In this document: one piece after another, positions 50,801 to 62,821 of the stretch
How the letters are laid out: every line of letters begins with the position of its first letter
Numbering within the stretch: the stretch's first letter is position 1
The notes under the pieces: generated by a model
Database searches by the model: none
Seen by the model: only the letters and a program-made list of their open reading frames with translations
What the model was told of the DNA's origin: nothing
Source of the DNA: Okamejei kenojei
Taxonomy: Eukaryota
Direction of reading: 5' to 3'
DNA length: 64,000 nucleotides
Assembly: GCA_035221665.1 (NCBI GenBank)
Contig: CM069152.1
Span: forward strand, 23,622,001 to 23,686,000
Position numbers and translations under genes: made by a program

Positions 50801-53800
50801 CCGGAGGAAACCCACGATGCCAAGGGGAGAACGTGCAGACTCCATACAAACAGTAGCCAAGGTCAGAATAAAACCCGGGTTATTGGCGGGGTGAGGCAGC
50901 AGCTCTACTGTGTACTGTGTCTACCTTCTGCTATCCCGATCCTTCAAACCACCCTGGACATCCTGCAACCAAGCTACTCCTCACCGCTATGAGTGCCCTA
51001 AGGTTAGGAGAGTGAGACTAACATGGAGACAGAAAACAAGGAGCAGCCCCTTCAAATATCCAAACAGGGGCTGCACACCCTCACACACTCCATATATATG
51101 GGACACGGACTCTTCCAGCCCGCAGTAGTGATGGCTGGGGACTCCATGAACCAGCTCACGAATCTGTGACAGGGGACTATTCAATGTAGCACCCTCCACC
51201 CCAGGTCCCCAATATAGAAGGAAGAATTCAAGCTGTCCCCCATCCTTTGAGTGCGTAATGGGACAGTGTAAAGGGAGATTCACTCTGTGTCTGGTGTACT
51301 GTGTTTCCTAGGGGAATGAAATCCCTGGTGAAAGAGCAGACGGGTTGCTTTATGAAATGCCGGCACCTTGTGCAGCTGGATGGCCATTTCCTGCATCTCA
51401 GTCTCCAGCCGGTCTGCATAGACTTGCTCCAGGCTGTTGCTGAGGGGCAGGGCATTGCTGTGCCAGCGAGCGATCGCCGCCGTCATCTTCCTCTTCGGCC
51501 CAAACAACCTGCGGAAACACGGCAAGCTTACACATCCCCCCCAACCTTCTCCCATGGGCTTCTCACCGCCCTCCCACCCACCACCCCAGCTCCCACCCCA
51601 CCTCCTCATGCCAGCAATCCCATCTCCCTGGCCCTGCACCACCCGACCCTCCACCCCAACACATACCCCCAGCCCCCCATGGGCACCCACATGGTTTCCC
51701 CACACGTACAGGACGGCGTATGTACAGCAGGGCCCTGGGTAGTCCGGGCACCCCGCCGTTCACCTACTCACGTGATGCCCACTTCCTTCAGGTCGCTGTC
51801 GGTCAGCGTGAGGAATGTACGCAGGTCCACGTCCTGCTCCTCCAGGATGTGCAGATATTTCAAGCATCCGATCTGCTCCAGGAACTCCGGCAGATCCTGT
51901 ACAACGGGAACACACCGCTACTATGAGGCACGCTCGGGTACAACGAGGGGAGGGGGGCAGGCCGCTCGGTGCATCCAACCTGCCCCAGCGAGGGAAGCGC
52001 CAGCAAGACCCCACGTGCTGATGGGGAATGATGGGGGGGGGGGGATGAGTTTGTGAGGGGCAGCACATCAGCAGGAGGTGAATGCCCCGGCTCCCAGGCT
52101 GAGACTGAGCAGACTGAGATGTAAACAGTCCCCTTCCATACATTCTGTGCCACCCGCCCTGTGTTCCCAGCACAATACACGACCTCACTGCACAGGGGTA
52201 TCCCAGCCCGAGTTCCCATTGGTCAATGATCATCTGTGATGTGTCTCGGTGTCTGTGAAACTGATTCCGTGCTGGGAACGTGACAGAGATAGCGACCCTG
52301 GGTCTGAGAGCAACGCACTGGGGTCTGCAATAATGTTGCTGCTTGGATATATTGTAGGTATGTTACAAAACTTACCTTCAGCGGTGCTGCAGTTCTGCTG
52401 CTGGCCGTGTGCGCGACTTTGGCGCCTTTAAGGGGGGGACGGGGTTAAAATGCTGTTTTTCCCTTGCCATCCAGAGCTTTCTTTTGTCGGAGTACGAGCT
52501 ATTTCTGGAGATTCGTTCCGACTGCCGATAAGTTAATTTTTTTTAACAAATAGCCGACTATTTCAGCTCTGGTGTAAAATAAAAATTAGCTCTTAATGCC
52601 GTGAACGCCGACAATGGGGACCGATTTTACGTAGGGGACAGGTAAGTGAAAGCTGTTTATTTTTACATATAAACTTGCTTTTTTAGATGACCTTAATCAA
52701 CATTTAATGTTGTGAAACGGTGATTTAGTCCCCATATGAACCGGCAGAATTTTTCCCGCCGATATGGGGTTTAAATTCACCGCAACCGCAACATTCCAAT
52801 CCATCGCGTTCCAGAAAATCCCACTCGCCAGCTGTTTAAAATGCCCATTAATTTATGGGCATTAAACACTAAATTCCTTCAATTTGGCCTATAGATTAAT
52901 GACAATTAGATTTAAAAATTATGTTATATTGTGAATTATTGTGTGAATGTTAATTGGACACTTAGGCTTTAAATTTTTTTTTAATTTTTTCTTAAGTAAT
53001 GGATAGATGTTTAGATCTAGTAATTGAATTTTGTAATTAGCTACAATTGGGTAACTAACTAATTATATGCTTTAATTTCAGGTCATCCAAGTTAGATTGT
53101 TTCATATTTGTTTCCGAATACTTCAATCTATAATAACTGAAATTTTCTTTCAGTTCTCTTAATTTTTAAGAAAGTTATAGGCTTTTGACTGTCCTCGATC
53201 ACAACTTTTGTGTTAAGTCAATAGAAAAGCAATAGGAAACAAGTTGCTAATTTCCGAGTATGAAAATGGCCATAACTTTTTAAATACTGAAGATATGAAA
53301 GTGAATTAGGTGTCAAATTAAACTTCTTTTTATGCTTTATCTGATGGGATAAATTGCAGACTTGATTTTTTAAATCTCAAAATGTTGTAACATTGCTATA
53401 TATTGCTCTCTGAATATTGAAAGAGTTAACACGTTTTGATTAGTACGGGTGTCAGGGGTCATGGGGCGGAGGCACTAGTATGGGGTTGAGAGGGAAAGAT
53501 AAAATCATCCATGACTGAATGGCGGAGTAGACGATGGGCCGAATGACCTAATTCCGTTCCTAGAACTTATGAAGTCTCCTTCCCAGCGGTGCTGTGGTGC
53601 TGCTAACATCTCCTCCAGCCAGCGTGTTAGATTGTCAATAGACAGGAGCGTGATAGGCTGGGATTACGTACACCTCCATCCCTCTGTTCAGTCTTCGAGG
53701 TCCCAGCCCCTTGTGGCAGGGTGGAGTTACGTTCAGTTTCTCCCTCCCCCCCCCCCCCCCAGGCCCACCCTGTTCTCAGCACCACCTTGTACCTGTGGTC

Positions 53801-56800
53801 CGTGATACCTGTCCCCCTCTTCAGATGGGATCAGTGGCTGTGAATTGGGAGCGGTGGCAATGTTGCTGTCCCTGCACACCAAGCTCTCGCTGCTCCTCCC
53901 TTGGCATCTGCGGCTTCTCAGTTGCCTTTTGTTGCAGCTGTTATTCGGCTGATCTGAATCCTTCAGGAAAAAAAAAGGATTTGTTTTTAGGGAATGTGGT
54001 CAGTGGTGCCATTGATGCAGAACATTGGACAGCAAGTCCCACTGAGCCTCATCCCATAGTCAGCGAGTGTCATTGAATTATACATAGAAACATAGAAAAT
54101 AGGTGCAGGAGCAGGCCATTCGGCCCTTCGAGCCTGCACCGCCATTCAATATGATCATGGCTGATCATCCAACTCAGTATCCTGTACCTGCCTTCTCTCC
54201 ATGATCCCTTTAGCCACAAGGGCTAACTCCCTCTTAAATATAGCCTATGAACTGGCCTCAACTACCTTCTGTGGCAGATAATTCCAGAGACTCACCACTT
54301 TCTGTGTGAAAAATGTTTTCTTCATCTCGGTCCTAAAGGAATTCCCCCTTATCCTTAGACTGTGACCCCTACAATCGAACAGGGATATTGATTATGTGCA
54401 GGCAGATGAGTTGGTCTTGGCATCATGTTCAGCATACACATTGTGGGCCAATGGGCCTGTTCTTGTGATACACGGTTCTATATTGTATATTCTATGAGGT
54501 ACAGCAGGGAAACATGGCCATTTGGCCCGCACTAATCCCCTCTCCCAGAACAACCCTTCACCTACAAGATTTGAGCGCTCATCTGGATCCTTCTTAGCTA
54601 CCATTAAGACCCAGCTTCCACCGCTCTCTCTGCAAGTGTCCCACATACCTCCGCACTCAGTGAAATAACCCCCGTCAGATCCCCCTCACATCTCTACCAC
54701 CTCATCTGAAATCTATGTCCTCTAGTTTTGTCCACCTCTGATATGGGGAACAGTTATCCCTAGTCTACTGTCTCAATACGGCTCATAACTCCATGTACCT
54801 CCAACATACCCACTTTAAATTTGTTCTTTTACAAGGACTCCTCTAACATCCACTCTCAACTTGTCACTCTCCTCGACATACACTCATCTTGTTACTCTCC
54901 AGGGACCCCCTGTCTAATTCTCACTCTCACCTCATGCTCTCCACGACCCCTGTCTCCCACTCTCACCTCGTTGCTCTCCAGGGACCCCTCGCGGCTGACC
55001 CCGAGGGCCCTCGCTAGTCCGTCACTACTGCTGCCGCTGCTCCTCCGGGCGGTCACGGCGTCGGTGGTGCAAAAAGGATTCTCCTCTACAGCAGAGACAA
55101 ACGCTCAGTCATCACTGGGACTCTGTTGACAGACTATAACACCCCATGCTCAAACCCCAGCCAGCAAAACCTGCCCACGCACTCACTGGTGCAGAAATGG
55201 GTTGGAAGACAGCAGTACCCAGACCACTGGATGAAAGACAACTGGCAGGAGTGAGGGCCACGAACAAAGACCACGGCAATAAATAACATCTTGTCACCAG
55301 CCAGCGCACAGACTAGATGAGGACATTCATCACATGTTCTCTCACTTGAACACTGGCTCACACACACTGCACACTGTCAGCCTAACATCAATGGTCGGCA
55401 AGTTACTCCGAGGGACTGCACTTATCTGCATTTGGAAAGGCTGAATGGATTAAGGATAGTCAGCATTGCTTTGCGCGAGGGAAAACGTGTTTCATGAATT
55501 TAAAAGGGGTTTTTGAAGAGGACTTGAAGGGAGCAGGGCGACAAATGCTGTCTACATGGACTTTAGCATCACCTTTGACGTCGCGCGTGATAGTCTGGTC
55601 CAGGAGGTTAGAGCACATGGGGTCTTGAGTAAGCCAACCAACTGGATACAAGCTTGGCTGGGTGAAACAGTCCAAGAATGGTGGTGGAGGCTTTGTTTTC
55701 TAATTGGAGGCTTGTGCACGGTGATGTGTTTGAGGAAGCAGTCCTGGGTAGACACAAGGAACCGCAGGTGCTGGTTTACAAAGAAAGACACAAAGTACTA
55801 AGGTAACTCAACGGATCTTGCAACATTTCTGGACGACATGGATCGGTGACGTTTCAGTTGGGACCCTTTTTCAGTTTGTACAGATCAATACTGGGTCCAC
55901 TGTTGTTTTAATGTTTTAGCACGTGTAGGTGACAAGATTAGTAGGTTTGCAGATGACACCAAAATTGGTGGTATAATGAACAGTGAAGAAGGTTGTCTAA
56001 AGTTACAACAGGATCTAGGTCAACTGAGAAAGTGAGCAAAGGAATAACAAATGAAATTTAACTCGGATAAGTGCAAATGGACGTATTTACAATGTTAAAC
56101 CTGGGCAGGTCTTACACAGGGAATAGCGAGGCCTTGGTGAATGTTGTAGATCAGAGAGGCTTAGAGGTACAAATAAATAATTCCCTGAAAGCAGTGACAA
56201 AGTTAGACCGGGCGGCGAAGGAGCCTTGTGGCATTTAGTACAAGAGTTGGAATATCGTGATGCTGATGTAAAATACTTTTGTGAGACTGCAATAGGTGGG
56301 GTATTGCATGCATGCAGTTCTGGACACCACACTATAGCAAGAATGTGATTAAGCTGGAGAGGTGCAGAAAATATGCACAAGGATGTTGCCGGGAATGGAG
56401 GGCTTGTGTTATGAGGAGAGACTGCATAGGGTTGGACTGTTTCTCTAATGTGAACAACGCGAGGGGATGAGCTTATATAAGTTTCAAAAATTATTGATGG
56501 GATAAATGGTCATAATCTTTCACAGGGTGGGGGAGTTTAAAACTAAAAGACTAAGGTTTAAGGTTGGAGGGGAAAGATTGAAAGGGCATCTGAGGGGCAA
56601 GCTTTTGATACAGAGGGTGGTGGGCAGATGGAATGAGCCGACAGAGATGGTAGAGGCAGGTACAATTACAATGTTTGAAAGACAAATTCACGTGTGGGAA
56701 AAGCTGAGGGATGTGGGCCAAATAGAGGCAAGTAGGCCTAGCTTGGTAGGCACCTTTGTCTGCATGGAATAATTGAGCTGACGGGTCTGTTTTCACCCTG

Positions 56801-59800
56801 CATGACTCACTGACACACACATGTAGTCACTCGGTCTCTCACATACGGAGCAAGGTCAGGACTGGGTGTGCGAAGGTGGGATAAGAACAGCCGGTCGAAC
56901 CTTTGCTGCTGTTGCTCTCAACATCGTGCTCATTAATCGGGGAGGTGACATCACGATTCCGGATATTCCCGTCATCTTCATCCTGGTTGTTTTTGAACGT
57001 GACATACCCTTGAGGTGGGAGTGAGTCTGTAGAGAGGGAAGGAAGAGAGGCTGTTCAGGGGGAGTCCTGCCACTGGCTGATTACGGCAGCCTCCGTTATA
57101 CTGCTCAGGCCCCATTCAGAACAAAGTTCCGTGCCTCCCCATCAGATCCCATCCACTGCAGCTGTTGTTTTGCGGCAGGGCTGTGAGTTTTCAGTGTCAC
57201 ACTGAGGGTGTTCACACGGCAGGACTGAGTGAATGCTACGCTGCCAGCCGCTTTTCCTTTTGAATGGGATGTTAAACCAAGACCCCCATATTCCCACACT
57301 CCGCTAAACACATGTCAGTTTGGCCACTGTGGGCTGAACGCCTCATTTCACTGTCTGCCTCAAGAAACTCTGGTCGTGAGATACAACACAGAAACAGGCC
57401 CTTCAGCCCACCGAGTCCACACTAACCATCGATCACCCGTTCACACTAGTTCTCTGTAGAAACAAGGAACTGCAGAATCTGCTTATGGAAAAAAGGCACA
57501 GAGTGCTGGAGTAACTCGGTGGGTTAGGCAGCATCACTGGAGAACATGGATAGGTAACGTTTCACAGAGTGCTGGAGTACCTCGGTGGGTTAGGCAGCAT
57601 CTCTGGAGAACATGGATAGGTGACGTTTCACAGAGTGCTGGAGTAACTCGGTGGGTTAGGCAGCATCTCTGGAGAACATGGATAGGTGACGTTTCACAGA
57701 GTGCTGGAGTAACTCGGTAGGTTAGGCAGCATTTTTGGTGAACATGGATAGGTGACGTTTCGAGTGGGCACCCTTCTTTACACTACTTCTATGTTATCCT
57801 ACTTGGGCATCTACATCCTACACAGTGGAGGCAATTTACAGAAGCTAATTAACCTATAAACCCGCACTTTTGTGATGTGCACGGAAACCGGAGCACCCGG
57901 AAGAAACCCATGTAGTCACGGGGAGAACATGTAAACTCCACACAAGCAGCACCCGGGGTCAGGATCGAAGCCACGTCTCTGGTGCTGTGAGGCAGCAACT
58001 CTGTTGTGCCATTCCAACCAACATTATCAGCAGCATCTTACCGTACTGCCGCACCCATCGCCCAGCTTCCAGCCGGGTGATGTTGGCTAGTGCCTGTGGC
58101 CCATCGTGAATACTGGGACCTTTGTTTCTCCGTGACTGCGGGTGCCGAGCTTGCGTCTGAGGTAGATGGAACGGGCAGAACTCATCAGAGGAACTGAATT
58201 CTTCTTCCATTCCTGCAAAAACATTGAGGTTGTCAGTCTGCTCGTTAGTGGTCAGCAGACTGCTCACAAAGCCATGGCTTGGGATTGTCTAGCAGAAGTT
58301 CACCTACAGCCCCCACCCACACTGGCTCCGTCCCCTCCCCCATCACCAGCCTGCCTTTGTATCACACACACTCTGATTCCACAACGGCAGGAAACCAGTC
58401 CCAGGAAGGGTGCACAACTTAAGTATGCTCCGGTACCTCCATCCTCACCACCCTGCTCACCCCACTCACCGGCTAACTGACTCCGAGCCCCTCTATTTCC
58501 CCAGGATAGTGGGGCCTTTAACTGGAAAGTGTAAGTTAAAAGTGTGGGAGAGTTTTAAAAGGAACCTTAGCAGCAACTTTTTCCACACAGTGTGGTACTT
58601 TTACGAAATAAGCCGCCAGAGTGAGAGAGATGGGTACAATATCACAACAGTTCAAAGACACTTAGGACACGTACTTGCATACGAATGGTTTGGAGGGATA
58701 CGGGCCAGGTTCAAGTTCGGTTAGGCAACTTGGTTGGCATGGATAAGTTGGACCGAAGGGCCTGCTTCAGTGCTGTATAGCTCCACTACTCTATGAAATA
58801 TATCCCCCCGCCTGGAGCAATCAGCAGTTATTTGCTGGAATTCTTGCAATCCTGGAGTGCAACCCACCGGTATCCCTGCGCACCGACTTGGGCACCGGCG
58901 CAGTGTGCAGGTCAATGAGACTCGCTATCTTCATGTATCCACACATCAGAGCCAAGGAGCGGGCTGTGTCCCCATTGTCATCCTTTATATCCACACGAAC
59001 ATCCTGTGTTCACAATCAGCTGGCATTAGATACTGGACACACACACGCAGTCCCATAACACACACCCAGATACACACACACACACACACACACAAATCCC
59101 ATAACATGTACAGATATGCATCTGTACATGTGCGCGCACACACACACACACACCCCACGAGACATACCCAGATAGATGTGTGCACGCACGCACAAACATA
59201 CAACACGTGCCCTGGACAAATGTGTACAGACCCCAAGAGCACGTGTATAGGCTCTAGGCACAGGCACCATGCTCTACACCGAACCAATAACCAACGATGG
59301 TGTGTACCAGTCAGCGTATTGTGCCTGTCAATCCAGAGCACAGTGGGCACTGGCCACCAGAGTTCACCGGTCTTATCAGCCCCCTCACCCCCCAGCTGGC
59401 CCTCGCCCCTACACCCATCCCCCACCTCAGCTGGCCTTGGCTTTTCAACCCCCTCCCTGTCCCCCCATTGCCCACCTCAGCAGGGCTGGTCTGATTGCTG
59501 GCGCTCAGGTGGGCGAGGCAGCGCTCACACCCTGAGACAGCCTGTCAACCGGGGTTGGAAAAACAGACATTGCTCCGACAGGAACATGTGCTGCCTGGGT
59601 ACTGGGCTGAGGGTGGCTGCACCCAGCTCCGCTTCACCTCCGCCCCCCCCGTCCCATCCTGCGCCGTTATCGCGACACGAGAGGTGGGAATGAGCAGCAC
59701 GCACGTGGTTCAGGAGGGACTGCACGATGATCTCGTGACCCGAGGCCGCGGCTTCCATCAGCGGTGTAAATCCATGAACGGGCTCTCTGTAACAAAGGAC

Positions 59801-62774
59801 ATCGGTGTCACCCATTCAACACGGGGACTAGGGGGTGGATTCGAGGAGGGACGGTGTTGAGAAAATTAGGAAAAGGGGGACGAAGGGAAGTAAAAAAAAA
59901 AGGTGGCACGGTGGCACAGCTGCCTTACAGCACCAGAGACCCGGGTTTGATACTGACAACGGGTGCTGTCTGTACAGAGTTTGTACTCTCTGTGACCGTG
60001 TGGGTTTTCTCTGGGTGATCCAGTTTTCTCCCAAAATTCAAAGACGTTCAGGTTTGTAGGTTAACTGGCTTTGGTAAAAATTGTAAATTGTCCCAAGTGT
60101 GTACGATAGCGCTAGTGTATAGGGTACACTGGTCGGCGCGGACTCAGTTGGCCAAAGGGCCTGTTTCCACGCTGTATCTCTAAACTAAACAAAGTGATAA
60201 TGTCATAGCGCTGTGCAGCATAGAAACAGACCCTTGAGCCCTTCAGACACCGCCTCATCTCTTACCCAACCCTACTCTGACACACTGAATTATGGGACAG
60301 TGTGCCCTGGGAGACTGAGCTGCCAGTCCTGCCTTCTCTCAACCATGTTTGCTAATAGCTACAATATATAGAACAGTTCAGCACCAGAACAGGTCTCAGA
60401 ACTGATCTTATAGGGGTGTCTAAGATCATGAAGGGAATAGATAGAGTGAATGCATAGAGTCTTTTACCCAGTGAGGGAATCAAACCCAGAGGACATAGGT
60501 TTAAGGGGAAAGATTTTATAGGAACCTGAGGGGCAACTTTTTTACTCAGTGGGTGGTGGGTGTATGGAACGAGCTGCCTGAGGAGGTAGTTGAGGCAGGT
60601 ACTATTAACATTTAAAAGACATTTGGACAGGTGCATGGAAAGGTTTAGAGGGATATGGGCCAAAAGCGGACAAATGGGACTCACTTGGTTGGCGTGGACG
60701 AGTTGGGCCAAAGGGCCTGTTTAGATGCTATATGACAATGAATCCCTGCTTCATTGGGTGAGATGATTTGGATCCCAAAATTGGAAATGTCGTCAGAGGG
60801 GCGTCAGATAGAAGGTGACATTGTCCTTCCTGTTATTGCTTTGGGGGGGGGGGGGATGCGATAAAATGTAGATCCAACAGAACCGCCAACAGACCCGCTG
60901 GTACATGGGACTTTACTTGCCGTGATAGAGAGTACACACGAGGAATGTGTGGTGTTTGCTCTTACTTTAAGTTTGTATCCGCCCCATTGTCCAGAAGGAA
61001 CTTGACCATCTGTTGGTGCCCAGTGCTGGTGCAATGGAACAGGGCAGTCCAGCCACGGTCATCCTTCATCTCCAGTTCAGCCCCTTGCTGCAGCAACACA
61101 TGGAAAGCCATTCAGTTGGAGAATCTTACCCTCCCAGTTCAAATCCCACTGCAGCTGGAACTCCCAGTACCCTGATATTCCCAACAACGTTCTCATTGCT
61201 ACTTCTGGTTAGTTTTCAGTTACAATCTTATTGTATCTACTCTTTTTCTCATTAAATAATTAAATTAACATTGTTAATGGTGCTGTGTTAACCCTTGTTG
61301 GACTAACTATACATCTGAAGTCTGTGTAATCGTCTCTATGGAGCTGATTTGTACTCAATGGGTCTGGCTATCTGAGAATCAAACATTTAAACTCAGAAAT
61401 AAGTATTTTGGACTTGCATTGGTGTCGGACTTGAATATTTGTTCTGTCTGGGAACAACTAGCCAGCACTGAGATGTCATGGTTACCATTACTGATACCAG
61501 CTCAACACTTCAAATGTATTTTATTTCAATTTCAAGTCCCTGGCTGTGGTGATGGGTTTAAACTTGAGTCTAGCACTCTGGATTCCAGTCCAGTCATATA
61601 ACCACTGCAGCAAGCAACAGCGGGCCAGTATCTCTATCCCAGTCCAGTCATGTGGACAGCACAAGTGGACAGACAACAGTGGGCTGGCCAGTATCCCTCT
61701 CCCAGTCCAGTCATATAACCAGTGTGGCAGCATATTGCTGGGCAACAGCAGGCTGCTCAGCGTCTCTACCCCAGCCCCGATCTCCTGCCTCTGAGGGATG
61801 GTGAGGGCCAGAATCGCTGAGCCTGAGGACAACTGACCTGAAGCAGGAAGTAGGCAATGCTCTCGTTGCCACAACTCGCTGCCAGCATCAAGGCGCTCTG
61901 CCCTCTCTCTGTCGTCGTGTTGACATCCACTCCCGCCTCCAGCAAGAGGTGAACGATGGTGTCATGGCCGATGTATGACGCGTACATGAGCGGCGTCCAC
62001 CCACCTTGGTTCTTCTGGTTGGCATTCACTTCTCCTCTAGTCACAGGGATCAGTGAGTCAGTCCTTGATCTCAGCGCTACCACGCACACCCATCCCACAG
62101 ACAGGACCCACCACATGTCCCTCATCATCACCCCCAAAAGTCCTGCTAGAGCCAAGAGGCCAGTAATTCAACTAATAACACTGCATTTTTTATCAGAGCA
62201 ACTGAAGAACTATTTTCTTTCCAGAGCCGAACATTATAGCAAACATCTCCCAGTGTTCACCTGTCTGGATGTTCAACTGCCTTAGGTGGGCATGAGTTAG
62301 ACTTGACACAACTTCTGTGTTATGGCATCAATGATGACATATTTCTGTGCCCAACATTCCTTTTGAACATTCAATAGAGGAACAGGCCCTTTAGCCCACT
62401 ATGTCTATACCAGCCATGGTGCCATTCCAACCATCCCATCTGCCTGTCCATGCTCTGTATCACTCCATCCTCCACCTGTGGAGGATTATTGATTGAGGCG
62501 ATTGGCATATCTGTACTTGCAATTGTAATGTTGCTTGGGAAAGTGCGTGTAATGAAGCGGTGGTGTTTTGAATGCACCTTGGCTGCAATGTCCTGCCCTC
62601 TTACCCATGGATCCACCCTTTGACCACATCATATTGCCCAATCGAGGCCGCTGTGTGAATGTCCAGTGGAAGGTCCAGGTCCGCACCGCCCACCAGTTGC
62701 TCAAAGCCGTGCCACATCGACAAGCTGCGATTCAGGAGCTCCGTCTCACTCGCCTCGTCACTCAGCTCAGACAT
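44785..62774 (-). CDS. ANKS3: Ankyrin repeat and SAM domain-containing protein 3, complete CDS in 15 exons
   Basis: Exons in transcript order: 62605-62774, 61838-62036, 60966-61087, 59705-59786, 58868-59003, 58042-58212, 56901-57026, 54967-55085, 53793-53960, 51772-51896, 51367-51508, 49647-49819, 48325-48419, 47391-47477, 44785-44876. All are GT-AG and frame-consistent. N-terminus MSELSDEASETELLNRSLSMWHG, ankyrin repeats (GWTPLMYASYIGHD), SAM domain (LEQIGCLKYL...LFGPKRKM) and C-terminal coiled coil match vertebrate ANKS3. Confidence 0.94.
44948..46882 (-). mobile_element. 5'-truncated CR1 LINE ORF2 (RT), degenerate
   Basis: [38 protein letters not shown]; lies in the ANKS3 intron between 44876 and 47391. 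Confidence 0.9.
47391..47477 (-). CDS. ANKS3: ANKS3 exon (GLADWASVLGSLGSLELGATL...EM)
   Basis: ttcag acceptor, gtgagc donor; resembles W..SL..MSL.EL of vertebrate ANKS3. Confidence 0.78.
48325..48419 (-). CDS. ANKS3: ANKS3 exon (ACQSELLHRL...)
   Basis: tgcag acceptor, gtgagg donor. Confidence 0.83.
49647..49819 (-). CDS. ANKS3: ANKS3 exon, coiled coil (KCEEVE...QEQELRAVVEG)
   Basis: gttag acceptor, gtgagg donor. Confidence 0.9.
51367..51508 (-). CDS. ANKS3: ANKS3 exon (LFGPKRKMTAAIARWHS...QEMAIQLHK)
   Basis: cgcag acceptor, gtgccg donor. Confidence 0.93.
51772..51896 (-). CDS. ANKS3: ANKS3 exon, SAM domain (DLPEFLEQIGCLKYL...DLKEVGI)
   Basis: tacag acceptor, gtgagt donor. Confidence 0.93.
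52355..53398 (-). mobile_element. Second, inverted copy of the same non-autonomous DNA transposon, TSD TATATTG
   Basis: Reverse complement of 31036-32082 along its length; TATATTG at 52348-52354 and 53399-53405. Confidence 0.85.
53793..53960 (-). CDS. ANKS3: ANKS3 exon (DSDQPNNS...RYHGPQ)
   Basis: gaag acceptor, gtacaa donor. Confidence 0.85.
54083..54370 (-). mobile_element. CR1 3' fragment, same subfamily as the 24538 element
   Basis: Near-identical to 24538-24830, with CATAGAAA tail. Confidence 0.8.
54967..55085 (-). CDS. ANKS3: ANKS3 exon (ENPFC...SSDGLARALGVSREGSLESNE)
   Basis: tgtag acceptor, gtgaga donor. Confidence 0.88.
55440..56805 (+). mobile_element. Degraded CR1 LINE fragments with nested Penelope-type repeat
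   Basis: SQHCFARGK-like, FADDTKIGG and typical 3' end segments. Confidence 0.7.
56901..57026 (-). CDS. ANKS3: ANKS3 exon (PPQGYVTF...RDVTSPINEHDVESNSSK)
   Basis: tacag acceptor; weak donor gttcga, with an in-frame alternative exon end at 56847. Confidence 0.82.
57497..57760. repeat. 4 x 66-bp tandem repeat of a Penelope-type terminal repeat fragment
   Basis: Units start at 57497, 57563, 57629 and 57695. Confidence 0.9.
58042..58212 (-). CDS. ANKS3: ANKS3 exon (EEFSSSDE...KGPSIHDGPQALANIT)
   Basis: tgcag acceptor, gtaag donor. Confidence 0.88.
58868..59003 (-). CDS. ANKS3: ANKS3 exon (DVRVDIKDDNGDTARSLALMCGYMKI)
   Basis: cacag acceptor, gtgggt donor. Confidence 0.88.
59705..59786 (-). CDS. 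ANKS3: ANKS3 exon (EPVHGFTPLMEAAASGHEIIVQ)
   Basis: tacag acceptor, gtgcgt donor. Confidence 0.93.
60966..61087 (-). CDS. ANKS3: ANKS3 exon (QGAELEMKDDRGWTALFHCTSTGHQ)
   Basis: gcag acceptor, gtaag donor. Confidence 0.93.
61584..61725. repeat. ~57-bp degenerate tandem repeat (CCAGTCCAGTCAT... x3)
   Basis: CCAGTCCAGTCAT recurs three times. Confidence 0.65.
61838..62036 (-). CDS. ANKS3: ANKS3 exon, ankyrin repeats (GGWTPLMYASYIGHD...CGNESIAYFLLQ)
   Basis: tag acceptor, gtcagt donor. Confidence 0.94.
62605..62774 (-). CDS. ANKS3: ANKS3 first coding exon (MSELSDEASETELLNRSLSMWHG...)
   Basis: ATG at 62774; acceptor near 62789 implies an upstream 5'UTR exon; gtaag donor. Confidence 0.93.
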
Positions 62775-62821
62775 GCTGCTCCCGCCTCCTGTACAATCAG
62801 AGCAGCTCATCACAACCCTCA

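Noticed and set aside
52347-53405. 8-bp TSD (ATATATTG) reading for the second transposon copy
   Set aside because: Requires borrowing the terminal A of the element, and the other copy supports only 7 bp
57497-57760. CRISPR-like regular repeat
   Set aside because: Head-to-tail 66-bp units with no unique spacers, in a vertebrate context with no cas genes
58857-59693. 278-aa His/Thr-rich ORF
   Set aside because: Antisense to ANKS3 and spans CA microsatellite-rich intron sequence
1923-62774. Possible U12-type introns in the genes flanking U11
   Set aside because: No donor read matches RTATCCTT; all appear to be U2-type GT-AG
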